From Candidatus Zixiibacteriota bacterium (GTDB lineage Bacteria; Zixibacteria; MSB-5A5; WJJR01), in assembly GCA_036170655.1 (NCBI GenBank), contig JAVHPP010000164.1:1-27716 (forward strand): a DNA stretch of 27,716 bases, written 5' to 3'. A model generated the notes under the pieces. It saw only the letters and a program-made list of their open reading frames with translations, was not told the origin of the DNA and did no database searches. The position numbers and the translations under genes are program-made. This document shows, in pieces, positions 8,946 to 17,552 of this stretch. Position 1 is the first letter of the stretch. The number at the start of each line of letters is the position of its first letter.

Positions 8946-9043
8946 ATCCTCTCGGGCGGCCGCCCTCGGGAGCTTCCGCCATCCCTACTGTCATCGACCT
9001 GCCTCTCCTTATATTTTCGGCTTTCCCCGCGGCACAAATTATT

Positions 9044-10141
9044 TCAATCTCGGTCTAAATCAGTCTGCACTGCGGCGGTCCAACCTGCCTCCAACGGATG
9101 GCAAAGGCGGTGAACATTGGCCAAATGCTCCCTGTCCAGGTGGGTATAGATCTGGGTCGTCGAAATAGAGCGGTGACCCAGCATGGCCTGTACCGAGCGC
9201 AGGTCAGCGCCCGCCTGAATCAGGTGCGTGGCGAACGAATGACGGAATGTATGGGGAGAAACCCTCTTTTCCAGCCCTGCACGCAGGGCAGCTTGCCGGA
9301 CAATCAGCCAAACACCCATGCGGGAGAGCCCCCTGCCACCCCGTCCGAGAAACAGTCGCTCCGTAACCAGACGAGCCTCTTTCCCCCGGCGTGGCCCGTT
9401 GAGATACGCTTTGAGCGCGCGTTCCGTCCACGGGCCGAAGGGCACAAGCCGCTCCCGTCCCCCTTTCCCGGTTACTCGGACAAACTTCTCCGCAAAATCA
9501 ACATCTTCAACCCGCATCTGCGCCGCTTCCGAAACCCGCAGGCCACAGCCATAGAGCAGCGTCAGTAGAGCACGATTTCTCACGCCGTGCGGATCACAGT
9601 CCTGGGGCGACGACACGATGCGCTGCATCTGCGCAATCGTCAGTACATTGGGCAACCTCCGTGGCAACCGGGGGGTCTTTATGGGACGGGCGGGATTGGT
9701 GGAAATGACGGCGCCGTGGAGCAGGTACTTGTGGAATCCCTTCACTGCCGATAGGGCACGGGCCACCGACGCTGGCGCCAGTCCGCCGGTCGTCAAGAAT
9801 GAGAGAAACTCTCCGACGACCTGCGGGTCGACGCGTTCGGGATCACCGATGCCGCGATGATTACAGAACTGTGCGTATCGGGCCAAATCGAGCCTGTATC
9901 CGTGCATCGTGTTCGTCGATCGGCCTGCCGTCAAGACCAGATGATCCAGGTACTGATCGATCCAGCGCTCCAGCTTGGTCTTGATTCGGACCGCTGACGA
10001 TCTTGCCTTGCTCAGACGCGAGACCGGGTGCTTTCTCGTGTCTAGTGAGATCGAAGCAACCGTACTTCGTGCGGGACCCGACGCGGGCAATGATCCTCCC
10101 TTCGGGACTGTTCGCGAATCGGACTGGGCGCTCTTGGTCAT
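9044..10141 (-). CDS. xerD: site-specific tyrosine recombinase XerD
   Basis: Full catalytic set: LYGCGLRVSE (R), GKGGRER (K), HTFRHSFATH (HxxR), LGH, TTQIY (Y). GADLRSVQ and the C-terminal HP are XerD-like. XerD versus XerC is not fully certain. Confidence 0.85.
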   Translation of the reverse strand: MTKSAQSDSRTVPKGGSLPASGPARSTVASISLDTRKHPVSRLSKARSSAVRIKTKLERWIDQYLDHLVLTAGRSTNTMHGYRLDLARYAQFCNHRGIGDPERVDPQVVGEFLSFLTTGGLAPASVARALSAVKGFHKYLLHGAVISTNPARPIKTPRLPRRLPNVLTIAQMQRIVSSPQDCDPHGVRNRALLTLLYGCGLRVSEAAQMRVEDVDFAEKFVRVTGKGGRERLVPFGPWTERALKAYLNGPRRGKEARLVTERLFLGRGGRGLSRMGVWLIVRQAALRAGLEKRVSPHTFRHSFATHLIQAGADLRSVQAMLGHRSISTTQIYTHLDREHLANVHRLCHPLEAGWTAAVQTDLDRD

Positions 10142-10164
10142 GGTGAATCACCCTGCACGGTGCG

Positions 10165-10935
10165 TCAGTTGTGATCCGTGATTGGGCCTAAATTGACAGT
10201 GATCACTGCGCCGTTGACCAGCGTCGCACCGGCCGTGAGTAGTGTCCTGGCTGTCTCGAACATGGTGGCTCCGGTCGTCATCACATCATCAACCACGAGA
10301 ACAGCCTTCCCCGCCAGTCCGTCCGGATCCGTCACCGCGAACGCGCCACTCAGATTCGCATGCCGCTGTGCCGCGGTGAGACGTGTCTGGTCGAGAACGC
10401 GGCGCGTCAGACGCAAGGCGTCCGATATGAATGGAATCTGGGCATGATCCGCCAGACTTTCCGCAATCAGTTCGGCATGTCCGAAGCCACGCGCGCGGCG
10501 CTTGCGAGGATCGGTCGGCACAGCAACAACAACATCTGCCAACAGCCGCGCCGGGAGAACATATGCCAGTCCCCGCCCAAGCGGCTCCGCCAGCCCGGTC
10601 AGCCCATCGTACTTGAGAGAGTGTACGATCGCGCGCCAGCCTTGGTCGAATACTCCGAGCGCGGCAACTGACCTTGGCTGCAGATCGCCATGATCATCAG
10701 GACAGACGGGGTCATCGCCGCCGACAAAGCAGCGGCAGTCGGGGCAGACGGGATGCGCAAGTCGGGAGAGTTGACAGCTGCATGCCCGGCAGCAGAAATC
10801 AATTCCGCGGCGCATCGTCATGCCGCAGACCGGACAGCAAGCCGGAAAACACAACGTGTCAAGAGGCATAATCACACGGCCAACCGTGAGCAAGGCCGCT
10901 GACCGATGAGATATGTTGGCAACACTATTCGGCAT
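10165..10935 (-). CDS. comF: ComF family protein (double zinc ribbon + phosphoribosyltransferase domain)
   Basis: CPVC/CRAC/CPDC zinc ligands, LKY, RGFGHA and the PRPP-binding loop VLVVDDVMTTGAT. An alternative start is ATG 10869. Confidence 0.88.
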   Translation of the reverse strand: MPNSVANISHRSAALLTVGRVIMPLDTLCFPACCPVCGMTMRRGIDFCCRACSCQLSRLAHPVCPDCRCFVGGDDPVCPDDHGDLQPRSVAALGVFDQGWRAIVHSLKYDGLTGLAEPLGRGLAYVLPARLLADVVVAVPTDPRKRRARGFGHAELIAESLADHAQIPFISDALRLTRRVLDQTRLTAAQRHANLSGAFAVTDPDGLAGKAVLVVDDVMTTGATMFETARTLLTAGATLVNGAVITVNLGPITDHN

Positions 10936-10938
10936 GTT

Positions 10939-12174
10939 TCAATACTCCAGCCAGTTGCGTCTGACGTTGACCAGCAATCCGGTCAGCGTCCAAAACAGCA
11001 ACAGGGAACTTCCCCCGTACGAAACAAACGGCAGCGGAATCCCCGTGACCGGCATCACCCCCAGCGTCATCCCGGCATTCACAAGAAGCTGGAAACCCAC
11101 AATGCCGGCGGCACCCACCGCCAGAAAACGCCCGAATCGGTTACGGGCGCGGTACCCGATCCCAATGGCATGCCAGAGAAAGATTACGAACAGCGTCAGC
11201 ACAATGAACGAACCCCAGAACCCGAACTCCTCGCCACAGACAGAGAAGATGAAGTCTGTATGTTTTGCCGGCAGAAAGTGCAGCCCCGTCTGGGTCCCAT
11301 TCAGAAACCCCTTCCCCCAGAAGCCACCCGATCCAATGGCCACTTTCGACTGGATGATTTGGTACCCCGCACCGCGAGGATCAGCGCCCGGATCGAGAAA
11401 GATCAGTATCCGCATCCGCTGGTACGGCAGCAAGTGGTTCCAGACAATCGGGGTGATGATTCCAAAGAGAAGATTGATCATGACAACTCCGATGGACACG
11501 AACAACCGCAGGCGAGCCCTGACCAGAATGACCAGCAGGGCGGCAGCGAAAAGGACCCAACTGATCACACTGAACGCCAGGACGAGGCTGATGACCGGGG
11601 AGACAATGAAAAACAACACCAACGGGGGAACACCACCCCAGTAGAGAAGAATCAGCGTCAGAGCCATAAAAACCAGAGATGTGCCCAAGTCCGGCTGCTT
11701 TAAGACAAGTAAGGTTATCGGCCCCACCAGCACTGCCACTGTCATCAGAGGTCGCCAACCAAACAATGGTCTTTTCAGATAGGCCAGATACCGGGAAACC
11801 GCAAACAGAACGGCGAGCTTTCCAAATTCCGATGGCTGTAGAAAGGCAGGCCCCACAGAAATCCATCGGCCGCCGACATCGCGCTCCAGAAAGACAAGCC
11901 CAGCCAGGACAAGCCCCAAGAGTCCCAAGTACACGTAAGCAAACACTTCATGGAATCGTAGCGGAATCTTCAAGGCCAGCACAAAGCCGACCAGAGCAAC
12001 TCCCCACCATGTCGCCTGGCGCAGCCAGTAATCCCGCGAAACCGGGTCGGGCGAGTTGTACTGCGCCGCATAGATCAGAACCAGACCGATCACGGTCAGG
12101 CCGGTCGCACACCCGATCAGAACGGGATCAGACTCGCGTATCCACTTGCTGCTGAGGCGGAGTGACGGTTTCAC
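10939..12174 (-). CDS. rodA: rod shape-determining protein RodA (SEDS peptidoglycan polymerase)
   Basis: RWI, QPSEFGK, QPDLGT, YQRMRI, GYQIIQSKVAIGSGG, HTDFIF, EEFGF and GIPLPFVSYGGSS motifs; close to mrdA. Confidence 0.95.
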   Translation of the reverse strand: MKPSLRLSSKWIRESDPVLIGCATGLTVIGLVLIYAAQYNSPDPVSRDYWLRQATWWGVALVGFVLALKIPLRFHEVFAYVYLGLLGLVLAGLVFLERDVGGRWISVGPAFLQPSEFGKLAVLFAVSRYLAYLKRPLFGWRPLMTVAVLVGPITLLVLKQPDLGTSLVFMALTLILLYWGGVPPLVLFFIVSPVISLVLAFSVISWVLFAAALLVILVRARLRLFVSIGVVMINLLFGIITPIVWNHLLPYQRMRILIFLDPGADPRGAGYQIIQSKVAIGSGGFWGKGFLNGTQTGLHFLPAKHTDFIFSVCGEEFGFWGSFIVLTLFVIFLWHAIGIGYRARNRFGRFLAVGAAGIVGFQLLVNAGMTLGVMPVTGIPLPFVSYGGSSLLLFWTLTGLLVNVRRNWLEY

Positions 12175-12180
12175 AGAGGG

Positions 12181-12209
12181 ATATTGCAGGGATGCACAAA
12201 AAGTGTCAA
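12181..12209 (-). promoter_or_regulatory. sigma70-type promoter for rodA, probably leaderless
   Basis: Minus strand TTGACA (12209-12204)-N17-CAATAT (12186-12181), then 6 nt to the GTG at 12174 with no SD. Confidence 0.6.
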
Positions 12210-12412
12210 CCGTTGTTCGTCATCTGCCCAAAAACGCTGCATGGGCAGCACAAACCCGGCGGGGTCAAGATGCCTCTTGCCCGACAACCTCCTGCCACAG
12301 ACAACAGGAACGTCACTCGGCCTTATTTTTGCTGTCTAAAGGTGAAGCAAAAGGTCCCTTTCGGACGTAAAAGAGATTGTGGGGCTTGAGATACAGGCCC
12401 GAGGAGAAAAAC

Positions 12413-13519
12413 ATGCGACGTTTCCTGCTGGCACTGATGATCGGCGGTATGGCTGCCTCGAGCGGCTATGCCATGACGGTTGATGACATCATCCAGCTCT
12501 GTCAGGCTGGATTCACTCCCGACCGTATTGCTCGGATTGTCGATGCGACCGGCTTGGATGAGCCACTCCAGGCATCGGACTGGGCGCGTCTCAAACAGCA
12601 GGGTTGCAACGATCAACTTGTCGATGCCCTGCTCGAAGTTCTCGTTCCGACCGATGAGGAATCGGGCAATGCCACCAATGAAGAAGCCACTTCGGAAAGT
12701 CGTCAGGATCATGTCAACGTGTACTTCTCCGGGGGCTGGGGATGGAACGCGGGGTACAGCGGTCTTGGTTATGGGGGGTATGATCCCTTCTGGTCCTTCG
12801 GCTGGACTTACTGGGATCCATACGGAGACTGGTACTGGTGGAACAGGCCCGGATACTGGTACGCCAGCACGTGGTGGGGGTATCCGTATAGCCACAACTT
12901 CTACTGTGACCCGTACTATTACCACGGCGGCGCCTACAACGGGGGCTACTACTCCTCGGGGCATTACGCCCGCTACAAGGCATCCCGCCGGGGCTCACTG
13001 CGCGGATCAGATTACGCACAGTCAAAAGTGTACGCGGAGATGCAAGGCGGACTGGGGACTCTTGGGGGCCAGAAAGGATCGCGGGACGGCCTCACGATGA
13101 CATCGTACCGCACGCTCGCTCCCAAGTCGGGTTCGGCCTTGAGTAACAGAGGCGACCATTCCAAATCGGCCCCGCTGTCTGGGAAAGTCTACACAACGAA
13201 AAACAAAGTCGGCGAATCCGGGGGGACATCGTCAAGGACTGCGTTGCGGTCGAAATCCAGCATGTCACCGGCACCGGCGGTTCAGACGCGGACCTCATCG
13301 CGTTACGGGACGCTGAAGACTAAGGGTACGTCGCCGGGATCTTCAGAACAGGGGACCAACCGAGGCGGATCAACAGTCAGATCCAAGTCCGGGGGGGCAA
13401 CTTCCCCCGGAGCGTACAGCCCCTCTCCGAAAGGTGGAGATCGATCGCAGCCTGCAGGGCAAAGCCAGAAGTCTGGGCAGGGATCCACGGGTGGTTCGCG
13501 GGCAAGAACCAAGCGGTAG
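12413..13519 (+). CDS. exported hypothetical protein: signal peptide, small helical domain, Trp/Tyr/Gly-rich segment, Ser/Gly/Thr/Lys/Arg-rich disordered tail
   Basis: SD GAGGAG before ATG 12413; 368-aa ORF; Sec signal MRRFLLALMIGGMAASSGYA; its own terminator follows. Confidence 0.85.
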   Translation: MRRFLLALMIGGMAASSGYAMTVDDIIQLCQAGFTPDRIARIVDATGLDEPLQASDWARLKQQGCNDQLVDALLEVLVPTDEESGNATNEEATSESRQDHVNVYFSGGWGWNAGYSGLGYGGYDPFWSFGWTYWDPYGDWYWWNRPGYWYASTWWGYPYSHNFYCDPYYYHGGAYNGGYYSSGHYARYKASRRGSLRGSDYAQSKVYAEMQGGLGTLGGQKGSRDGLTMTSYRTLAPKSGSALSNRGDHSKSAPLSGKVYTTKNKVGESGGTSSRTALRSKSSMSPAPAVQTRTSSRYGTLKTKGTSPGSSEQGTNRGGSTVRSKSGGATSPGAYSPSPKGGDRSQPAGQSQKSGQGSTGGSRARTKR

Positions 13520-13543
13520 ACACTGGTGATCCCAACCTATTTG

Positions 13544-13572
13544 GAGCCCCGTCGCATAGGGGCTCTTTTTTT
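13544..13572 (+). terminator. intrinsic (rho-independent) terminator
   Basis: GAGCCCC-gtcgcata-GGGGCTC followed by T7, 24 nt after the stop at 13519; lies between convergent genes. Confidence 0.9.
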
Positions 13573-13602
13573 CGGTGCACTAATAGCACATTCGCGCAGA
13601 AG

Positions 13603-15390
13603 TCACGGCGTCGACTGGGCGACTTTCGTCGTGTCTTGATCGCGTGTCAGGTAGGCCTTGGCGATCTGGAAGCAGATAGGGGCGGCGTACTCACTCCCAT
13701 GTCCGGCATTCTCCACGAGCGCCACAACGGCAATCTGGGGCGCGTCAGCCGGCGCGTAGCCGGCAAACCAGGCGTGATCGTTGCCATGCGGATTCTGCGC
13801 TGTGCCGGTCTTGCCAGCCATGCGGACAACGTTGTCGTCGATCCCGCCCGCCGTCCCGCGTCCGCCATGCACAACACGCCGGGCCGCATCCTGCAAAATG
13901 GCAAGAGTGGACGCCGAATACGGAAGCGTGAACGCGACAACGGAAGACTGGTACTCCCATTGCCGCTGAGGAGGACGCGTCGCCAAGAGCAGGTGTGGTT
14001 TCATCGCCATCCCGTTGTTGGCGATCGCGGCGTAGTACTGAAGCAACTGAAGAGGCGTGACCAGAAACTCGCCCTGCCCAATGGCCAGATTGAGCATCAG
14101 ACCGCGTGACCATCGATTCCGGCCGTAGCGCCGGTCGTAATAGTCGGTCGACGGCACCAGGCCATCCACTTCCCCGGGCAGATCGATACCGGTCGCTTTG
14201 CCGAACCCGCATGCCTTGACACTTCTCGACCAAAGATCCACTCCCAACCTCTGCCCAAGCTGGTAGAAGTAAACATCGCAGGATTGCTCGATGGCGTCGA
14301 GCATGCCCAGAGACCCATGTCCCGACGGCCGCCAGCAATGGAACACGCGGTTTCCGAAACGGTACCCCCCATTGCACGAAGTGTACCGATCAGATATCCC
14401 CGCGATTCCCGCTTCGAGCGCCGCCCCCGCCGTGAGCAACTTGGCCGTGGACCCCGGCGGGTACAGCCCTTTGGCGGCACGATTCAGTAGAGGCCGCAGA
14501 GGATCATCCCGAAGCTGGGTCCACTCGGCAGAGGACAACGTGCCCGAGAAAGCGTTGGCATCGTATCCCGGCCGCGTGACAAGGCAGAGCACATCCCCTG
14601 TCTTGACATCCATGGCCACAATTGTGCCGGCATCGTAGGAAGCCAGAAGCGAATCGGCAAGTGTTTGCAGACGGGCATCCAGCGTCAGCAGGAGTTCATT
14701 GCCGGGAATCGACGCAACATCGGGATAGCCGGGCATCGGTCCAACGAGCTGCCCCAGCGCATTGACCTGCCAATACCGGACACCATCGAGGCCACGCAGC
14801 AGGTCATCGTATCGCTTCTCCAACCCAACCGCTCCGACCAAACCGCGCAGGGATCGCCCCAACTTGTCCACACGGGACTGATCTTCCGGCGAGACCTCCC
14901 TGACGTACCCAAGAACGTGCCCACCCCAACCGGACAACGGATACTCACGCACACTCTCGCTTCCCACAACAACGCCGGGAAACTGGTCGATATTCTCCTG
15001 AAGACGGCAGACGGTGCTGAAGTCGGCGTCAATCTGGATTCCCACCGGTTCGAAGGGCAGACCGCTGCGCTTCGCCAGCCTGCGGCGCAGCTCGTCTTCT
15101 GGCATCTTGAGGACACTCGCCAATTGGGCGCGCAGCCGATCACCCCGGAAGTCGGTGGGAAGAACAGAAATCGCAAACGACATGCGATTTTGAATCAAGG
15201 GAACCTTGTTGCGATCGTAGACGACACCACGGGGAGCCGGCGTCGGCACAATGCGGATTCTATTCTCGGTGGCGATCCGCCGGTACTCGCCGACACGGAT
15301 GACTTGCATGTAGAACAGCCGCCCCACGAGCACAAAGGCAACGCCGATCACGCACATGTAAAGGACATTGCGGCGTGTTGTCCAGTTCAT
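13603..15390 (-). CDS. mrdA: penicillin-binding protein 2
   Basis: 595 aa with N-terminal TM and APRGVVYDRN; transpeptidase motifs STAK (SxxK), SCD and KTGTAQ; follows mreCD. Confidence 0.96.
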   Translation of the reverse strand: MNWTTRRNVLYMCVIGVAFVLVGRLFYMQVIRVGEYRRIATENRIRIVPTPAPRGVVYDRNKVPLIQNRMSFAISVLPTDFRGDRLRAQLASVLKMPEDELRRRLAKRSGLPFEPVGIQIDADFSTVCRLQENIDQFPGVVVGSESVREYPLSGWGGHVLGYVREVSPEDQSRVDKLGRSLRGLVGAVGLEKRYDDLLRGLDGVRYWQVNALGQLVGPMPGYPDVASIPGNELLLTLDARLQTLADSLLASYDAGTIVAMDVKTGDVLCLVTRPGYDANAFSGTLSSAEWTQLRDDPLRPLLNRAAKGLYPPGSTAKLLTAGAALEAGIAGISDRYTSCNGGYRFGNRVFHCWRPSGHGSLGMLDAIEQSCDVYFYQLGQRLGVDLWSRSVKACGFGKATGIDLPGEVDGLVPSTDYYDRRYGRNRWSRGLMLNLAIGQGEFLVTPLQLLQYYAAIANNGMAMKPHLLLATRPPQRQWEYQSSVVAFTLPYSASTLAILQDAARRVVHGGRGTAGGIDDNVVRMAGKTGTAQNPHGNDHAWFAGYAPADAPQIAVVALVENAGHGSEYAAPICFQIAKAYLTRDQDTTKVAQSTP

Positions 15391-15454
15391 CGCAAGATTC
15401 CCGCGCGGCCGCGGTGATGGCTGTCATTCTGCCGCCCGTTCAGATCCGCCGAGC

Positions 15455-15985
15455 TCAGCGGGATTCCCTGGGCGGCCGTTCAGCCGGCGTGGCGCCCGCG
15501 CTGGTCTCTGTTCGCGATACCCGGAGTCGGTCCAGCGCGTTTCCCAATGCTGCGCCGGCTGTCGCATCAATCAGCGTCGACGGCAGAGCCTGAAGCCCCA
15601 GACTGGTCAGCCAACCACCCCAGTCACCAGCCATGATGATCGCCAAATAGAAAATCTTATAGGTCATGAATGCAATCGCCAAGACAATCCAACGCGACCA
15701 GAGATTCTCAAGAAATAGCCGTTGGCTCCAGATTCCAACAAACCAGCCCAAGAGCGACCCGAACAACCCTCCCCAGACCAGACGCCAAGGATCCGTCGCT
15801 TGGGCAAGAAATCCAATGATCCACCCCAAGGCGGCGCCGACACGCGGGCCACGGTAAAACCCGATCAAGGCAATCACCACCAGATCGTAATCAAGCCGGA
15901 TGTGCAGAGGCGGCGGTCCGTCGGGAAACCAGACACTGTAGAACACAACACTGGCCAGGAGTATCGCCCACCGGATCAGGCTCAT
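15455..15985 (-). CDS. mreD: rod shape-determining protein MreD
   Basis: 176-aa polytopic membrane protein with G...GWIIGFL pattern, between mreC (ATGA overlap) and mrdA. The call rests largely on synteny. Confidence 0.75.
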   Translation of the reverse strand: MSLIRWAILLASVVFYSVWFPDGPPPLHIRLDYDLVVIALIGFYRGPRVGAALGWIIGFLAQATDPWRLVWGGLFGSLLGWFVGIWSQRLFLENLWSRWIVLAIAFMTYKIFYLAIIMAGDWGGWLTSLGLQALPSTLIDATAGAALGNALDRLRVSRTETSAGATPAERPPRESR

Positions 15986-16800
15986 GGGCGAAGCTCCTCC
16001 GGCACAGTCCCCGAATCAAACTGATCCGGACGAATGGCAAACACCTGCTCCAGCCTGTCGGCTCGGGCAAACGGCTGCACGCTGATTCTCAGATAGACAT
16101 CGATCTGCACCGTGTCAATCGATGCAATCATCCCGACCTGCAAACCCTTGGGAAACGTTCCGCCCCACCCCGACGAGATGAGCGTGTCACCCACCTGAAC
16201 ATCGGCCGACGGAAGGACATAGGTCAGTTCCAGATCCGGCCCCGATTCCCAGGAAAGAATGCCGGCGACACGACTCCGCCGGTTGTAGATGGCCACGCGT
16301 GAAATTCGGTCCCAGAGAGTCCTGACACGTGACAGACGGTCTGTGACATCGATCACGCGCCCCACCAGGCCATCTTCGGTCGCGACGGGCCATCCGACCT
16401 GCACGTTCCGCCAGCGTCCCGCGTTGATCCACATCACACCCGAACTGGATGAGACCGGCCCCACAACTTCGGCGGGGATGGCGCGTGCGGTCCAACTCTC
16501 GGAGAATTGGAGAAGCTGCCGCAGACGGCCGTTCTCCACCTCCTGCTCCCGCAACCGTTGATTCGCCACGCTCAACTCCGCCACACGCTGCTGCAACGCG
16601 CGATTCTCCTCAAAAACCGTTGCACCGGAGGTGATCCGGTACTTCATCGCAAAGACTGGGGCATACACATAGTCCACCATCAGAGCGGACAGACTCTGGC
16701 GCGCTCCCTCCCCTATGGCCAGGAGTGCGACTGACAACAAAATCGCCCACGGAAGTACCGCGGGCCGCTCAGAAGACCACCACAGCAATCGCAACCGCAA
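15982..16800 (-). CDS. mreC: rod shape-determining protein MreC
   Basis: TM segment, coiled coil (EENRAL...ENGRLRQLL), GLVGRV and GDTLISSGWGGTFPKGL motifs. Confidence 0.93.
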   Translation of the reverse strand: MRLRLLWWSSERPAVLPWAILLSVALLAIGEGARQSLSALMVDYVYAPVFAMKYRITSGATVFEENRALQQRVAELSVANQRLREQEVENGRLRQLLQFSESWTARAIPAEVVGPVSSSSGVMWINAGRWRNVQVGWPVATEDGLVGRVIDVTDRLSRVRTLWDRISRVAIYNRRSRVAGILSWESGPDLELTYVLPSADVQVGDTLISSGWGGTFPKGLQVGMIASIDTVQIDVYLRISVQPFARADRLEQVFAIRPDQFDSGTVPEELRP

Positions 16801-16818
16801 CGCCGGCTCTCTCTCCCA

Positions 16819-17271
16819 CTAAGGCGCCGAATCCAGAATCAGCATCACTTCTCCAGCTGTCTTGGCCCGCATCAGACGTTCGCGGTTTTTCTCACTCTTC
16901 ATGATGTAAGACAGGCGCGCCATGACATTCAGGTGCGCTCCGATGGCATCTTCCGGCGCGGCGATCATGAAGAGCAAGTGCACCGGCTTCTTGTCCATGG
17001 ATTCGAAGTCCACCCCGACTTCAGACCGTCCAAACACGATCACAATTCCCTTCAGGGCACGCGTCTTCGCGTGCGGGAAGGCAACCCCATACCCGACCCC
17101 TGTCGTCACCAGTTTCTCGCGTTCCATGACGGCGGCCAGCAGTTCGTCGTGGTCACGAACCAAGCTGGACTTCGCCGTCAGATCGACAAGCTCGACGATG
17201 AGTTCCTCCTTGGTCTGACCCTGGAGGTCAAAGCTCATCAGATCTTCTTCGCAGAACTTCGAAAGTTTCAT
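16819..17271 (-). CDS. PTS EIIA domain protein (PtsN/fructose-type)
   Basis: EREKLVTTGVGYGVAFPHAK with the phosphorylatable His, and GVDFESMDKKPVHLLF; SD GAGGA before ATG 17271. Confidence 0.9.
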   Translation of the reverse strand: MKLSKFCEEDLMSFDLQGQTKEELIVELVDLTAKSSLVRDHDELLAAVMEREKLVTTGVGYGVAFPHAKTRALKGIVIVFGRSEVGVDFESMDKKPVHLLFMIAAPEDAIGAHLNVMARLSYIMKSEKNRERLMRAKTAGEVMLILDSAP

Positions 17272-17368
17272 CGATTCCTCTCTGGGAACGGCCACGCGGA
17301 AGAAGCCGGAGTCCGGTGATCATGGGGAGGCAGTGGCCGCATGTTCTTGTTCGGTCAGAGCAGACAGG

Positions 17369-17533
17369 TCAGAATTTCTCCGCTTCCTCGATCAGCATGA
17401 TGGGGACATCATCCTTGACCAGGTAGCGCAGACGGCAGCGGTGACAGTCGAGCGTATTTTTCTCCGGGTCGTAAGTCAGTTCGCCCTTGCAGGCGGGGCA
17501 GACAAGAATCTTCAGCAACTCTTCATCCAGCAT
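17369..17533 (-). CDS. Trm112 family protein (YcaR-like)
   Basis: 54 aa, [19 protein letters not shown]...[24 protein letters not shown], with four Cys; purine-rich SD. Confidence 0.92.
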   Translation of the reverse strand: MLDEELLKILVCPACKGELTYDPEKNTLDCHRCRLRYLVKDDVPIMLIEEAEKF

Positions 17534-17552
17534 CCGTTTCCTTTCGCCTGAT

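Noticed and set aside
9044..10141. Tyrosine recombinase as a possible integrase of a mobile element
   Set aside because: The sequence is XerD-like and lies among housekeeping genes, with no att sites, tRNA or cargo genes.
12323..12964. 213-aa minus-strand Pro/Val-rich ORF
   Set aside because: It is the antisense shadow of the Trp/Tyr/Gly-rich plus-strand gene, which has an SD, signal peptide and terminator.
13574..13601. GGTGCACTAAT..., a possible dif site near xerD
   Set aside because: Only the first few bases resemble the XerC arm; there is no TTATGTTAAAT-like XerD arm.
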